DNA from: Bacteroidales bacterium
Lineage (GTDB): Bacteria > Bacteroidota > Bacteroidia > Bacteroidales > S143-33
DNA: 42,302 nucleotides
NCBI GenBank assembly: GCA_027015275.1
Contig: JALWCU010000135.1
Location: 1-42,302, forward strand
Direction: 5' to 3'
Both the position numbers and the translations under genes were made by a program. Shown here piece after piece: positions 1 to 10,068 of the stretch. Under the pieces are notes generated by a model. That model did no database searches and was not told where the DNA came from. It saw nothing but the letters and a program-made list of their open reading frames with translations. Positions within the stretch are counted from its first letter, which is position 1. Each line of letters opens with the position of its first letter.

Positions 1-204
1 ATTTTTTGATACTACACAGATGTAATTAGAATTTGTGCTTTTATAAGATGATTTTTTTTGTGCTTCAATAAATTTTGGCGATTATTTTTGAAAATTAAAT
101 TCTTTAATTAAAATTGCATTGATAATAGATGAGGCGGCCTGCCATAACATAATTTTAACTTAATTAGCAAATTCTTATCTCATTAAAATAAAAAGGATTA
201 TTAA

Positions 205-2046
205 ATGTATCACCTTAATGAATTGCAAGAGAAGACATTAGCCGAGCTGAAGACAATTGCAAAAGAGCTTGGTATTAGAGGGGTTTCTACCCTTAGAAAG
301 AAAGACTTGATTTACAAGATATTAGATGTCTCGTCGCTTAGAGAAAGCGAAAAAATTATAGAGAAGAAAAAACAAAGAACTGACCGAAAAACACATCAGA
401 AGCCTGAGACTGAAAAGATTAAGGAGGTTGTAAAGGACGCTCAGCAAGTATTGGATCAGGCCAAGGAGCTTATTGCAGATGTTGATACCAAGATTGGTGG
501 CAACCTGCCCACTCAGACTCCTGCTTCAGAGCCAAAGAGACCAGTCGAACAGACTAGTCAGCCACAGCCGAAAATAGCAGAGAAAAAGGATACTGTCCAG
601 AAACCTCAGGACAAAGAAAAGAAAAAACAAGAACAGAAAACTACTACATCTGAGCCAACGGAACAAACAAAGCAGAAAAAAGAACATTTATCTCAGGCTC
701 AGGTTACAAAGCAGAAAGAAACTGGACACAACAAAGAACAGTCCGCACAACAGAAGGCAGCGCAGCAACAGAAACAGCAGCCACAGCAGCAGAAAACATC
801 CCAGCAGAACGTACAGCAAAAGCAGCAAGCTCAACAGCAAAAGAAATATTATCAAAACAGGCAGCAACGTCAGCAGCGTCAATATGAGCAACAGAATAAC
901 CGTATTTTTGATGAAGCTGGGATAATACGTAATTGCGGCGTCTTGCAAGTCATTGAAAACGAAGGTTATGGCTTCTTGCGCTCTGCTGCTTATAATTATT
1001 TCCCTTCGCCAGATGATATTTATGTTTCAATGTCTCAGGTCAAACGCTTTGGTCTGAAGACTGGCGATACCGTGTGTGGAAGCATCCGTCCGCCAAAGGA
1101 CAATGAAAAGTTCTTTCCCCTGATAAAGGTAGAGCGTGTTTGCGGCAAAGACCCGGATGTGGTTCGAGAGCGTGTGGCTTTTGATTTTCTCACGCCTACT
1201 TTCCCGAACGAAAAATTTAATCTCACTGGTAATGGACATAATAATTTGTCCATGCGTGTAATAGACCTATTTTCTCCTATTGGCAAAGGGCAGCGTGGAC
1301 TGATAGTTGCTCAGCCAAAAACTGGTAAAACATTTCTGCTCAAGGAGTTGGCTAATGCTATTGTGGATAATCATCCCGAAGTTTATTTGATTGTCCTACT
1401 CGTTGATGAGCGCCCCGAGGAAGTTACAGACATGAAAAACAGTGTCCGTCGTGCTGAAATTATTTCCGCAACTTTTGATGAACCGGCTGACCACCATGTT
1501 AAAGTTGCTGAGATGGTCATTGAAAAAGCAAAGCGCCTAGTGGAAGTGGGACATGACGTTGTTATTTTATTGGATTCGATTACACGTTTAGCTCGAGCTT
1601 ATAACACTATTACACCGTCCAGTGGCCGTGTATTGTCAGGCGGTATGGAAGCTTCGGCACTGGAAAAACCAAAGAAATTTTTCGGTGCGGCACGTAATAT
1701 AGAAAACGGCGGCTCTCTTACAATTGTGGCTACGGCTTTGATTGACACTGGCTCGAAAATGGACGAGGTGATATTCGAGGAATTCAAGGGTACAGGCAAC
1801 ATGGAGCTGGTACTCGATCGCAAATTGGCTAACAAGCGTATATTCCCTGCTATTGATATAAATGCTTCTGGAACACGGCATGAGGAACTCTTGCTTGACC
1901 AGGAAACACTTAACCGTGTATGGGTTTTACGTCGTTCATTGCTGGCAGATATGACACCACAGGAAGCAATGCAGTTTTTGCAGGAACATATCGCTGACAC
2001 TAAGGATAATGATGAATTTCTGCGTCAGATGAATAGTTCTTTCTAA
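205..2046 (+). CDS. rho: Transcription termination factor Rho with long low-complexity (K/E/Q-rich, then Q-rich) N-terminal insertion
   Basis: Rho_N helix bundle ([24 protein letters not shown]), RNA-binding GYGFLR and [18 protein letters not shown]-loop [44 protein letters not shown]. Confidence 0.98.
   Translation: MYHLNELQEKTLAELKTIAKELGIRGVSTLRKKDLIYKILDVSSLRESEKIIEKKKQRTDRKTHQKPETEKIKEVVKDAQQVLDQAKELIADVDTKIGGNLPTQTPASEPKRPVEQTSQPQPKIAEKKDTVQKPQDKEKKKQEQKTTTSEPTEQTKQKKEHLSQAQVTKQKETGHNKEQSAQQKAAQQQKQQPQQQKTSQQNVQQKQQAQQQKKYYQNRQQRQQRQYEQQNNRIFDEAGIIRNCGVLQVIENEGYGFLRSAAYNYFPSPDDIYVSMSQVKRFGLKTGDTVCGSIRPPKDNEKFFPLIKVERVCGKDPDVVRERVAFDFLTPTFPNEKFNLTGNGHNNLSMRVIDLFSPIGKGQRGLIVAQPKTGKTFLLKELANAIVDNHPEVYLIVLLVDERPEEVTDMKNSVRRAEIISATFDEPADHHVKVAEMVIEKAKRLVEVGHDVVILLDSITRLARAYNTITPSSGRVLSGGMEASALEKPKKFFGAARNIENGGSLTIVATALIDTGSKMDEVIFEEFKGTGNMELVLDRKLANKRIFPAIDINASGTRHEELLLDQETLNRVWVLRRSLLADMTPQEAMQFLQEHIADTKDNDEFLRQMNSSF
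736..903 (+). repeat. Glutamine-rich low-complexity tract (CAG/CAA-rich) inside rho
   Basis: 56-aa segment EQSAQQ...EQQNNR contains 28 Gln and 4 Asn (counted by hand). Confidence 0.9.
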
Positions 2047-2053
2047 AATTTGT

Positions 2054-2989
2054 TCATTTCTTGGTATTTGCTTGTGAATGTGGATGATATAGAAGCAGAG
2101 TTTCTCGTAGATGTTCTTTGCTGATGTGCGTATAAATCTCTGTGGTCAAGATTGATTCATGTCCAAGCATTTGCTGAACCGAACGCAGGTCCGCACCGCC
2201 GTCTATTAGATGTGTAGCAAAGCTATGACGTAGGGTGTGCGGACTTATTTTTTTTTCTATGCCTGCTTGTGCTGCTGTTTTTTTTATTATTAAAAAAATC
2301 ATGTTGCGTGTGAGCTTCTCGCCACGATTGTTGAGAAAAACAATGTCAGTGAATTGTGGTTTTATGGGATAAAGTTGCCGATGGTCTATCAGATATGTAT
2401 TTATTTCGTTGATGGCACGGTTGCTGATTGGCACGAGCCTTTGTTTATTTCCTTTACCAGTGACACGGACAAAACCGTCGTCAAAAAAAAGGTCTGATAT
2501 TTTTAGGTTAACAAGTTCGGATACGCGTAAGCCACAGCTGTAAAGCGTCTCTATAATTGCACGGTTCCGCTGTCCGTGTTTTTTGTTCAGATCAATACTA
2601 TTTATCATTTTGTCTATTTCTTCGACGCTAAGTATTTCGGGTAGTTTTCGCTGAAATTTTGGGGCTTCAAGTAATAATGTGGGGTTATGTGCCATTGTGT
2701 CGGTATTAATCAGGAACTTGTAAAAACCTTTTATACCCGAGATCATCCTGGCTTGGGTACGCTCGCTTACGCCGATTTCGTATAGGTAAGATATAAAGCG
2801 CTGAATATCTGTCATTTGTACTTCGTAGGGTGATAAGTTCTTGTTTTCAATATCCAGGAAAAATTGTATTAGTCGAGAAATGTCTTGTAGGTAGGCCTTT
2901 ATAGAATTATCTGCCAGGTTTTTTTCAAATTTGAGAAAAATACGAAAACTGTTGAGTTCGTCATGCCATATTTGTTCTGCTTGAGCCAT
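2054..2989 (-). CDS. xerD: Site-specific tyrosine recombinase XerD
   Basis: LYSCGLRVSEL (catalytic R), VTGKGNKQRLVP (K), SPHTLRHSFATHL (HxxR), LGHESILTTEIYTH (H, Y); N-terminal SAM-like domain; housekeeping context with no mobile cargo. Confidence 0.9.
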   Translation of the reverse strand: MAQAEQIWHDELNSFRIFLKFEKNLADNSIKAYLQDISRLIQFFLDIENKNLSPYEVQMTDIQRFISYLYEIGVSERTQARMISGIKGFYKFLINTDTMAHNPTLLLEAPKFQRKLPEILSVEEIDKMINSIDLNKKHGQRNRAIIETLYSCGLRVSELVNLKISDLFFDDGFVRVTGKGNKQRLVPISNRAINEINTYLIDHRQLYPIKPQFTDIVFLNNRGEKLTRNMIFLIIKKTAAQAGIEKKISPHTLRHSFATHLIDGGADLRSVQQMLGHESILTTEIYTHISKEHLRETLLLYHPHSQANTKK

Positions 2990-3774
2990 TAATGATTTTG
3001 TTTTAGCATTATACCTGCTATCTGGCGGCCTTTGTCCCCACGGCGTGCCGAGTAAAATTTATTGTTATTGCAGGATGTGCACAGTGCTATGTGATCGATA
3101 TTTTGTTCTGGGATACCGGCTTGCAGAAGTTGGTATTTATTGACTTTCCACAGGTCAAGGTAAAGTTTATTTTTGCGCCTTTCGAAAAAATCATCAGCTT
3201 TTCGGGCAAAGGTATATTTGAATGCTTCGAGTACGTCTTGTCCTACTTGATAGCAGCATGGGCCTATGGATGGGCCAATGACAGCTACTATGTCGTGGGG
3301 GCTGGAATTGTAGCCGTCTTTCATTTTTTGCACTGCCTTGAAAGTAATGAGTTTTGCACTGCCACGCCATCCGGCATGAACAGCAGCAATGACTTTTTTG
3401 CGTGTGTCTGCTATCAGCACGGGTACACAGTCTGCTGTTGTAACAATGAGCATTAGGTTTGGCTTGTTTGTTACTAAAGCATCATAATATTTTATAGCGT
3501 CGTCTGCACTGGTGCTTCCTTTGCCAGCATCTTGCTCGCTGGCTATCAGGATGTTGTCGCTGTGTATCTGGTCCATAAACACAAAGCGCTCTAAAGGTAC
3601 ATCGAGCTCTGAAGCGAGTTGTTGTCTGTTTTTCAGAGAATAAGGGTCTCCGCTTTTTATGCTCATGTTAGCCCATTGGAAAGGCGAGTGGCTATGCCCA
3701 CCGATACGTGTGGAGAAAAAATGTTTGATAAAAGGATATTTAGCCAGGAGTTGAGAATTTAATGTGTTAATCAT
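2989..3774 (-). CDS. pgeF: Peptidoglycan editing factor PgeF / YfiH-family purine nucleoside phosphorylase (laccase-domain protein)
   Basis: FSTRIGG, QIHS, DALVT, TADCVPV, AAVHAGWRG, IGPSIGPCCYQVG, FYSARR motifs. Start set at ATG 3774 rather than the ORF-track 3873, which overlaps sbcC; a -7 box lies at 3804-3811. Stop overlaps the xerD start (TAATG). Confidence 0.9.
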   Translation of the reverse strand: MINTLNSQLLAKYPFIKHFFSTRIGGHSHSPFQWANMSIKSGDPYSLKNRQQLASELDVPLERFVFMDQIHSDNILIASEQDAGKGSTSADDAIKYYDALVTNKPNLMLIVTTADCVPVLIADTRKKVIAAVHAGWRGSAKLITFKAVQKMKDGYNSSPHDIVAVIGPSIGPCCYQVGQDVLEAFKYTFARKADDFFERRKNKLYLDLWKVNKYQLLQAGIPEQNIDHIALCTSCNNNKFYSARRGDKGRQIAGIMLKQNH

Positions 3775-3803
3775 TTTCTTAAGACCAGTGTTTTTTTTAC
3801 TTT

Positions 3804-3811
3804 CAAATGTA
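3804..3811 (-). promoter_or_regulatory. Bacteroidota sigmaA -7 element for pgeF-xerD
   Basis: TACATTTG on the - strand matches TAnnTTTG, about 30 nt upstream of ATG 3774. Confidence 0.55.
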
Positions 3812-3837
3812 AAAAAATAAAACATCATTTCACGACT

Positions 3838-6800
3838 ATGAGACTTCTGAGTTTGAGATTTAGCAATATACATTCACTTCGTGGGGAGCAGATAATTGAC
3901 TTTGTCCAGCCACCGCTAAGTGATACGGGGATTTTTGCCATAACAGGTCCTACGGGTTCGGGCAAGAGTACTATTCTGGATGCTATAACGCTGGCGTTGT
4001 TTGGGAGAATTTCCCGTTTGAAGGAAAAGGCATTGTCGAATGTGATTATTAATGATTTTGGTGGAGTGGTAACACGTGGACAGACAGAGGCTTTTTCCGA
4101 GCTGACTTATCAGATTGGAGAGGATATTTATCAAAGTACTTGGATTTTCCGCAAGGGAAAGAAAAACATGATTTTGCTGAAAAATGGTGAGGCGATTCAG
4201 GAAAAAGAAAAAGACGTTATATCTCGGAATGAGCAGATTATAGGGCTATCTTATGGGCAGTTTATCAGGGCTGTGATTTTACCACAAGGAGAATTTGCCA
4301 ATTTTCTCAAAGCAGATAGTGATGAGCGTATAAGGATTCTGGAGAAAATAACAGGCGGCGAGATTTTTCGTACATTGGGTGCAATGGCCAGCAGCATTAC
4401 AAGAGATAAGAAAATCTTATTAGACCAGAAAAAAACTGAGATAGACAGCATTGAATTGCTAACGCAGGAGCAAGAGACAGAAATTAGGCGAGAGATTGTA
4501 CAGAATCAGAACAGGGCAGAAGAGTTGAAAAAGAGCCTTAATAACCTGAGAGAAAAGCAGGCTCTAAAGCAACAAATTGCAGACTTGGAGCGAGAGATAA
4601 GAAAACAACAAGCACAGATTAAGGAAGTCATTGAACAAAAACAAGCTATGGAAAGCGATTTTCACCGACTCGAAATGCATGAGCGCCTAATTCGCTATAA
4701 AGCTGAGATTAAGCAGTATTTGAATAGTAAGCTGGAAAGAGAGCAGGTGGATCAGGAAATAAAGGAACTCGAGACAAATATTACATCACTTGGCAGAGAG
4801 CTGGATAGACTCAGTAATACGGAAAACGATTATAATCAAAAGCTCAAAAAGCTGGCAGACGAGCTGGCGCTGCTTAAACCTAAGATTGCTAAAGTCAGAG
4901 AGCTGGATACGCAGCTGGCTCAGCTGAAAACAAAGATTGATACCTTGGACAAACAACTTGGGCATTTGCGTCAAGATGAAAAAAAATCACAAAACCAGAT
5001 ACAGGAAAATCAAACCAATCTACAGATTTACAGACAGAAATATGAACAAGTGTGCAAATGGCTGGAAGATAACATTGCTTTAGAAGATTTAACTCTGGAG
5101 TTTGGACTGATCGAGAAGTATATCGACGAATACAATCTCAGAGGTGGCGAACTGATGAAAAAAGCTAAACAAAACGGCTACCAGGTTAAGGACTGGCAGC
5201 AACTCAAAAGAAATTTGGAGTCAGATTTTACAGCTGAGAAACAGTTTATTGCACAAGCTCAGTTGCAATTAGGTCAGCATAGAGACATTGAAGAAATAAG
5301 TACAGAGATAGAAGGTTTGAGAAGTCGCTTGGATGTGATCAATTCGTTGAAAGCCAAATTAATGCGTTCAAAAGAAATGCAGGAAAAATTACAATTCTTG
5401 GAGAGAGAAAGACAGGAAATAACTGTGAGTCTGGAGCAGCTGACACAAGAAAAGGGAATAGCAGAGCAAGAACTCAGTAAACTGCAACGGGATAGAGATG
5501 AATTACAGAAAAAAATGCAGCAAGAGCAAGAAGTAATTGTTTTTCGCAAGGCTCGAGAGCTATTGAAGGAAGGCGAACCTTGTCCTGTCTGTGGCTCTAT
5601 CCACCATCCATACAAAGAACATCATCTGGACATAGAGGAATCAGACTTAGAGAAAAAAATGGCGGACTTGGAACAGCAGATCCAGCAGTTGCAGCAGAAA
5701 TTTTCTAAACTACAGGCTGATATTTCCACGAAACAAGCTTTGGACAGGGAGAAACAAAAACAAATCCGTGAGATCACCCAAGAGAAGCAAAACATAGACA
5801 AGCAAATAACAGAGCAAGCCAGCAAGTCAGAGCTGGAGACATTGGAAATAGAACGAATCATGAGTCAGGTACAGCAAATTCAGCAGCAGATAAAGAAACT
5901 TGCGAGCGAGCAAATAATTGCCCAGAAGCTGCTCAAAAGACAACAAAAGAAGCAAATACTAGAACATCTATTGTCTGAGCTTGATGGGGTGGAGCAGATA
6001 CATGGACAGCTGAAGGTAAAGCTGGAATCATATCAACAATATTTCCCGCAAGGTGCTAAAATAAAAGATATTAAAGAAACACTAAGGACTCTTGCCAAGC
6101 AATATAAGGATAACATCCAGAGCAAGACAAACTTAAAAGCCCAGATAGAGAAAATAGAATCCAACCTTGAGCTCCAAAACCAAAATATCACAAAAATTAG
6201 CGAGGAAGCATCTGTCTTTGAGGATGAGTTATATGCACTCAGAGAACAAACCGAAGAGCTCGTCCAACGCCGTCGTCTTTTGCTGGGAGAGCAGGATCCG
6301 GACAGAGTACTGGACTTACACGAAAACAAAAGACGAGAGATAGACGAAAGCCTAAAAAATTTACTTCAGACAAAGCAGCGTGTTAGTACGCAAATAGAAG
6401 AGCAATTAAAGCTTGTCGGGCAAAAACGCCAGCACCTGGACGATGTTAATGCGCGGATAGAAAATCTTGTGAAGCAAATCATGCCTAAAATAACAGCGTT
6501 GGGTATTGAAAGTCCAGAGCAAGCAAACGATTTCTTCCTTTCGGATGAGCAATATGAGAAATTAACCCAAATAAAGCAAAATCTGGAAAAACGGCTCATG
6601 GAACTAGAGCAAGCCATAGCAGAAAAACAACAGAGAAAAGCTGAATTGAGCCACAGAGACGATCCAAATATCACCATAGGAGAGTTGCAGAAACAAATAA
6701 GTGAGCTGACCAAACAGCGCGATGAAATAAATCAAACAATAGGCTCAAAGCAAAAGGTAATTGAACAAAACGAGCAAAATAAAGCCAAACAAGAGCATTT

Positions 6801-7359
6801 GCTCGAGCAGCAGAAACAGTTGGAGGCTGATTACATGCGCTGGAAAGCACTGGATGATGTCATTGGTAATGCAGAGGGTACTAAATTTCAGCGAATTGCG
6901 CAGGAATTCAACTTGATAGCCTTGTTGAATGCGGCAAATATGTATCTGGCAAAATTTAATGATCGTTATCAGCTGAGCTACCAAAAACAGGAACGTAGCG
7001 GCAGGATTCAGTATAGCCTTTTTGTCGTGGATAATTACCTTGGTGGTCAGCAGAGAAGCGTAAACACTCTTTCGGGTGGTGAGTCGTTTTTGGTTAGTCT
7101 CTCGCTTGCCATAGGACTGTCGGCATTGGCCAGCCAAAAGATACGTATTGAAAACATTTTTATTGACGAGGGTTTTGGCAGCCTGGATAATGAGACTCTG
7201 GACCAGGCACTTGCAGTGCTTGAACATTTTCACAGTGATTCTAACCGCAAGATAGGAATTATTTCGCATGTTGAAGTGCTGAAAGAACGCATACCTGTTA
7301 AGATTGAAGTGAGTAGGGTAGAGCAGGGTTTTAGTAAAATTAATGTTGTTGTTAGGTAA
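3838..7359 (+). CDS. sbcC: SbcC/Rad50-like SMC ATPase (SbcCD nuclease subunit C)
   Basis: Walker A GPTGSGKS, Q-loop VILPQGEF, long coiled coils, central zinc hook CPVCGS, signature LSGGE, Walker B IFIDEGFGSLD, H-loop IISH. Confidence 0.93.
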   Translation: MRLLSLRFSNIHSLRGEQIIDFVQPPLSDTGIFAITGPTGSGKSTILDAITLALFGRISRLKEKALSNVIINDFGGVVTRGQTEAFSELTYQIGEDIYQSTWIFRKGKKNMILLKNGEAIQEKEKDVISRNEQIIGLSYGQFIRAVILPQGEFANFLKADSDERIRILEKITGGEIFRTLGAMASSITRDKKILLDQKKTEIDSIELLTQEQETEIRREIVQNQNRAEELKKSLNNLREKQALKQQIADLEREIRKQQAQIKEVIEQKQAMESDFHRLEMHERLIRYKAEIKQYLNSKLEREQVDQEIKELETNITSLGRELDRLSNTENDYNQKLKKLADELALLKPKIAKVRELDTQLAQLKTKIDTLDKQLGHLRQDEKKSQNQIQENQTNLQIYRQKYEQVCKWLEDNIALEDLTLEFGLIEKYIDEYNLRGGELMKKAKQNGYQVKDWQQLKRNLESDFTAEKQFIAQAQLQLGQHRDIEEISTEIEGLRSRLDVINSLKAKLMRSKEMQEKLQFLERERQEITVSLEQLTQEKGIAEQELSKLQRDRDELQKKMQQEQEVIVFRKARELLKEGEPCPVCGSIHHPYKEHHLDIEESDLEKKMADLEQQIQQLQQKFSKLQADISTKQALDREKQKQIREITQEKQNIDKQITEQASKSELETLEIERIMSQVQQIQQQIKKLASEQIIAQKLLKRQQKKQILEHLLSELDGVEQIHGQLKVKLESYQQYFPQGAKIKDIKETLRTLAKQYKDNIQSKTNLKAQIEKIESNLELQNQNITKISEEASVFEDELYALREQTEELVQRRRLLLGEQDPDRVLDLHENKRREIDESLKNLLQTKQRVSTQIEEQLKLVGQKRQHLDDVNARIENLVKQIMPKITALGIESPEQANDFFLSDEQYEKLTQIKQNLEKRLMELEQAIAEKQQRKAELSHRDDPNITIGELQKQISELTKQRDEINQTIGSKQKVIEQNEQNKAKQEHLLEQQKQLEADYMRWKALDDVIGNAEGTKFQRIAQEFNLIALLNAANMYLAKFNDRYQLSYQKQERSGRIQYSLFVVDNYLGGQQRSVNTLSGGESFLVSLSLAIGLSALASQKIRIENIFIDEGFGSLDNETLDQALAVLEHFHSDSNRKIGIISHVEVLKERIPVKIEVSRVEQGFSKINVVVR

Positions 7360-7396
7360 AATTTTGTACTTTTAAAGAAAATAAAAGTTATAACTT

Positions 7397-8149
7397 ATGT
7401 CAGATATTAGAATTCATGAGATAAAACAAAGAGCAAGGAATGATCTCAGTGGCCGATGGGGCAATGCTGTTTTGGTTACGATAGTGTTGCTTCTACTTTC
7501 TTTTTTGGCAGCATTAGTGCCCTTGGGCTCGATATTTATAGCTGGTCCAATGGCTATAGGTTATGCTGTGTATTTTGTTAGTCTTGTGCGAAAGCAAGAG
7601 CTGAGTGTAAATTTGCTTTTCTCGCCTTTTAATAAGTACGGAAATGCCTTGCTAACATTTTTCCTGCGAGCATTAATAGTTGGAGTGGCAGCTTCACCTG
7701 TGATTATTTATATGGTTGTTTATTTTTTGATACATAGTAATGATCTGGATACATTGAGTTTTGGCCATGTTTTTGGGTTTAGCTTGACGATGTTGATTTT
7801 ACTTCTTATTCCGGTTTATGTAGGTCTTCGTTTGGGCTTAATGTATTACATAGTAGCTGATAATGTGGAAGTTCCAGGTGATAAGGCTGTGGAGATAAGC
7901 TGGAAGATGATGGCTGGGCATGAGTGGGATTTATTTTTGTTGGTCTTGAGTTTTATTCTCTGGTATCTATTGGGAGTGCTGACGTTTGGTCTTGCCTTTC
8001 TGTGGATGATGCCTTATTATTCGGCATCTGTGGCGCATTTTTATTTTGAGCTCAAACAGCGTAATAGAGAATATGCACAGATTATTGATAGTTATGGACA
8101 TAGAGATATACCAGGTGAGCCAATCAACGAGCTCTTTATTAATGAGTAA
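7397..8149 (+). CDS. DUF975-family integral membrane protein
   Basis: IKQRARNDLSGRWG start, SWKMMAGHEWDLFLLVLSF and LWMMPYYSASVAHFY motifs, about 5 TM segments. Confidence 0.8.
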   Translation: MSDIRIHEIKQRARNDLSGRWGNAVLVTIVLLLLSFLAALVPLGSIFIAGPMAIGYAVYFVSLVRKQELSVNLLFSPFNKYGNALLTFFLRALIVGVAASPVIIYMVVYFLIHSNDLDTLSFGHVFGFSLTMLILLLIPVYVGLRLGLMYYIVADNVEVPGDKAVEISWKMMAGHEWDLFLLVLSFILWYLLGVLTFGLAFLWMMPYYSASVAHFYFELKQRNREYAQIIDSYGHRDIPGEPINELFINE

Positions 8150-8186
8150 AGTTTTGGAGATTGAAGATAGTCTGATTTATTAGATA

Positions 8187-10022
8187 TTAGTTAGCTGGCG
8201 GTTCTTCCTTATTGTTTGCCTTCATCAGAACGAATATTCCATTGGGGCTCTGTAGCACGGATTTGCAGTTCTCGCTGAGCAATGGTAGAATTTTTTTCAT
8301 TATAGTTTGTCGATAGCTCATTGTCGTGTCAGGCTTCCAGTATGGATTGGCTAAATTATGTCGGGTGAAGATAATATATTTTATTTGGCCTTGTCGGATA
8401 GCTTGTTCGAGTTTTGCCGAGTCTGTAAACCAACAAAGGGATTGTGGCTCTTTGTCAGTGAGCAGGGAAATTACAAAACTTCGATTTATTGCAATGTATT
8501 TTTTTGCAGGTAAAATATTTTTTAGACTATGGGTAAATGATTCTAATTCATAGATTTTTGATTTCTTGGTGCTTATGCCACGGAATATTCTGTTCTGGGC
8601 GATATAATTTTGTTCTCTGATGTTTACATCTCTGTGTATGTGTGTGGTTTTGTATATTAGGCTTAGCAGTCCTAGATATATTATGGCTGTGAATAGTAGA
8701 TGTTTGTTAATTTTTTGATAAGATAGCCCAATGATTATTGGCAAGATAAACGTAATAGCAAAATTAGATTGTAGTTTAAAAAGCCCAGTGTTTGAACCGG
8801 CAAATGCTCCAATGGCTATGAAGACGAGAGAAAGGCTAAGTTCCCAGTTTTTAAAATAAGTCTTATAATCAATTATTAAAATCAGCAGAATAAGTGCAGA
8901 ATAAACGCCAACGAATTTAAAGAAACCGGCTTTGAAATATAGTTCTGGTAAAAAGCTGATTATTAGTATTAATAAGATAAGAAATTTTTTAAAGCTGCTA
9001 TTAATAAGGACTGTTTTCTTGGTAAAAAGATATTGTACAGAGAATATGCCCAGAGTAGGAAAGGCCAGAGCCATGGCTGTTACCCTCAAGTGTCTGAGAG
9101 TGGTCTTTATGATATATGAGAAGGTATGAACATTATCACCAATTATGCATACAGAATTGTATGTGGGTTGTTGACTTCTGAGTGCGCTAAAAGAATGTAG
9201 AAAATATAGCAAGTCTAAACCTAAAAGCTTTATTATTATCAGACCAGCCAAAAGTCCTGCGGCAAAATATAACCAGAGCTTTATCTGTCTGAAGGTCTTG
9301 AGCATAAAGGAAATAACCAACAGTGGTAAAAGAAAAAATAATGTTATTCTCGAATAAATTGCAAAAACGAAAATTATGCCTGCTAAGAAATTGTAAATTA
9401 AACTATTATGTTTTAATCCTCTGAGAGCAAGATAAGCGAACAAGATTAAGAGTAAAACAGGAATGTTATCATAAGGCGTCAGCGCTAAACTAATGAAAAT
9501 GGAGATAATGCCACTGATGGTAAAGATTATAAGTGAAGCTAACCAATTGTTTGTTAATTTATTGTCATAAAGCTCCAAGGTTTTCAGTGATAAAAAAACA
9601 ATACTTGCTAAGACTGTTATTTTACCGAGTCTTGCCCAAAGAATGAATGGTTTACCCGTCAGGCTGACCCAGTATTTGGCTATCAGCAATGAAAATGAAC
9701 AGCTCTCAGATAGGAAATTTTTTAGACTTGGGAAAAAATGTGTAAGCGTTAGATTATATATTTCGTCAGTCATGTCCAGGCCCCATGGCAGAAAGGCTAT
9801 AAAATAGATTATGATAAGATAGAATACCCAAAAGCCCAGATTTTTTTTCCTCTTGCCATCACGTATAAGCAGGGGAGTGAGTATGATAATATTAGCGGCA
9901 TATATTATCGTAGCTGTCTTGAAACTGTAGAATCCTTTCAGAAAAAGAAAAATGTAAATGAATGGCAGCAAAAGAAGAGTCATATATAGCAGTAGTTCTG
10001 CTATTTTGTTTCTATCTTTCAT
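8187..10022 (-). CDS. Polytopic membrane protein, possible GT-C-fold glycosyltransferase
   Basis: More than 10 hydrophobic segments, acidic GLDMTDE motif after an early TM, C-terminal soluble domain; AT-rich. Confidence 0.5.
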   Translation of the reverse strand: MKDRNKIAELLLYMTLLLLPFIYIFLFLKGFYSFKTATIIYAANIIILTPLLIRDGKRKKNLGFWVFYLIIIYFIAFLPWGLDMTDEIYNLTLTHFFPSLKNFLSESCSFSLLIAKYWVSLTGKPFILWARLGKITVLASIVFLSLKTLELYDNKLTNNWLASLIIFTISGIISIFISLALTPYDNIPVLLLILFAYLALRGLKHNSLIYNFLAGIIFVFAIYSRITLFFLLPLLVISFMLKTFRQIKLWLYFAAGLLAGLIIIKLLGLDLLYFLHSFSALRSQQPTYNSVCIIGDNVHTFSYIIKTTLRHLRVTAMALAFPTLGIFSVQYLFTKKTVLINSSFKKFLILLILIISFLPELYFKAGFFKFVGVYSALILLILIIDYKTYFKNWELSLSLVFIAIGAFAGSNTGLFKLQSNFAITFILPIIIGLSYQKINKHLLFTAIIYLGLLSLIYKTTHIHRDVNIREQNYIAQNRIFRGISTKKSKIYELESFTHSLKNILPAKKYIAINRSFVISLLTDKEPQSLCWFTDSAKLEQAIRQGQIKYIIFTRHNLANPYWKPDTTMSYRQTIMKKILPLLSENCKSVLQSPNGIFVLMKANNKEEPPAN

Positions 10023-10068
10023 GTGTTATGTGATTTCAACCAGTGTATTTTTATGTAAGCTAGTCTTT

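Noticed and set aside
688..948. Leu-rich 86-aa antisense ORF resembling a membrane peptide
   Set aside because: It is the reverse complement of the CAG/CAA Gln tract of rho (CTG/TTG = Leu)
2054..2989. Tyrosine recombinase as integrase of a mobile element
   Set aside because: Size and motifs fit chromosomal XerD; flanked by rho and pgeF, with no att repeats, tRNA or cargo
3838..7359. SMC-based defence system (Wadjet/Lamassu)
   Set aside because: Zinc hook and motifs are SbcC/Rad50-type; no kleisin/KITE or effector genes are adjacent
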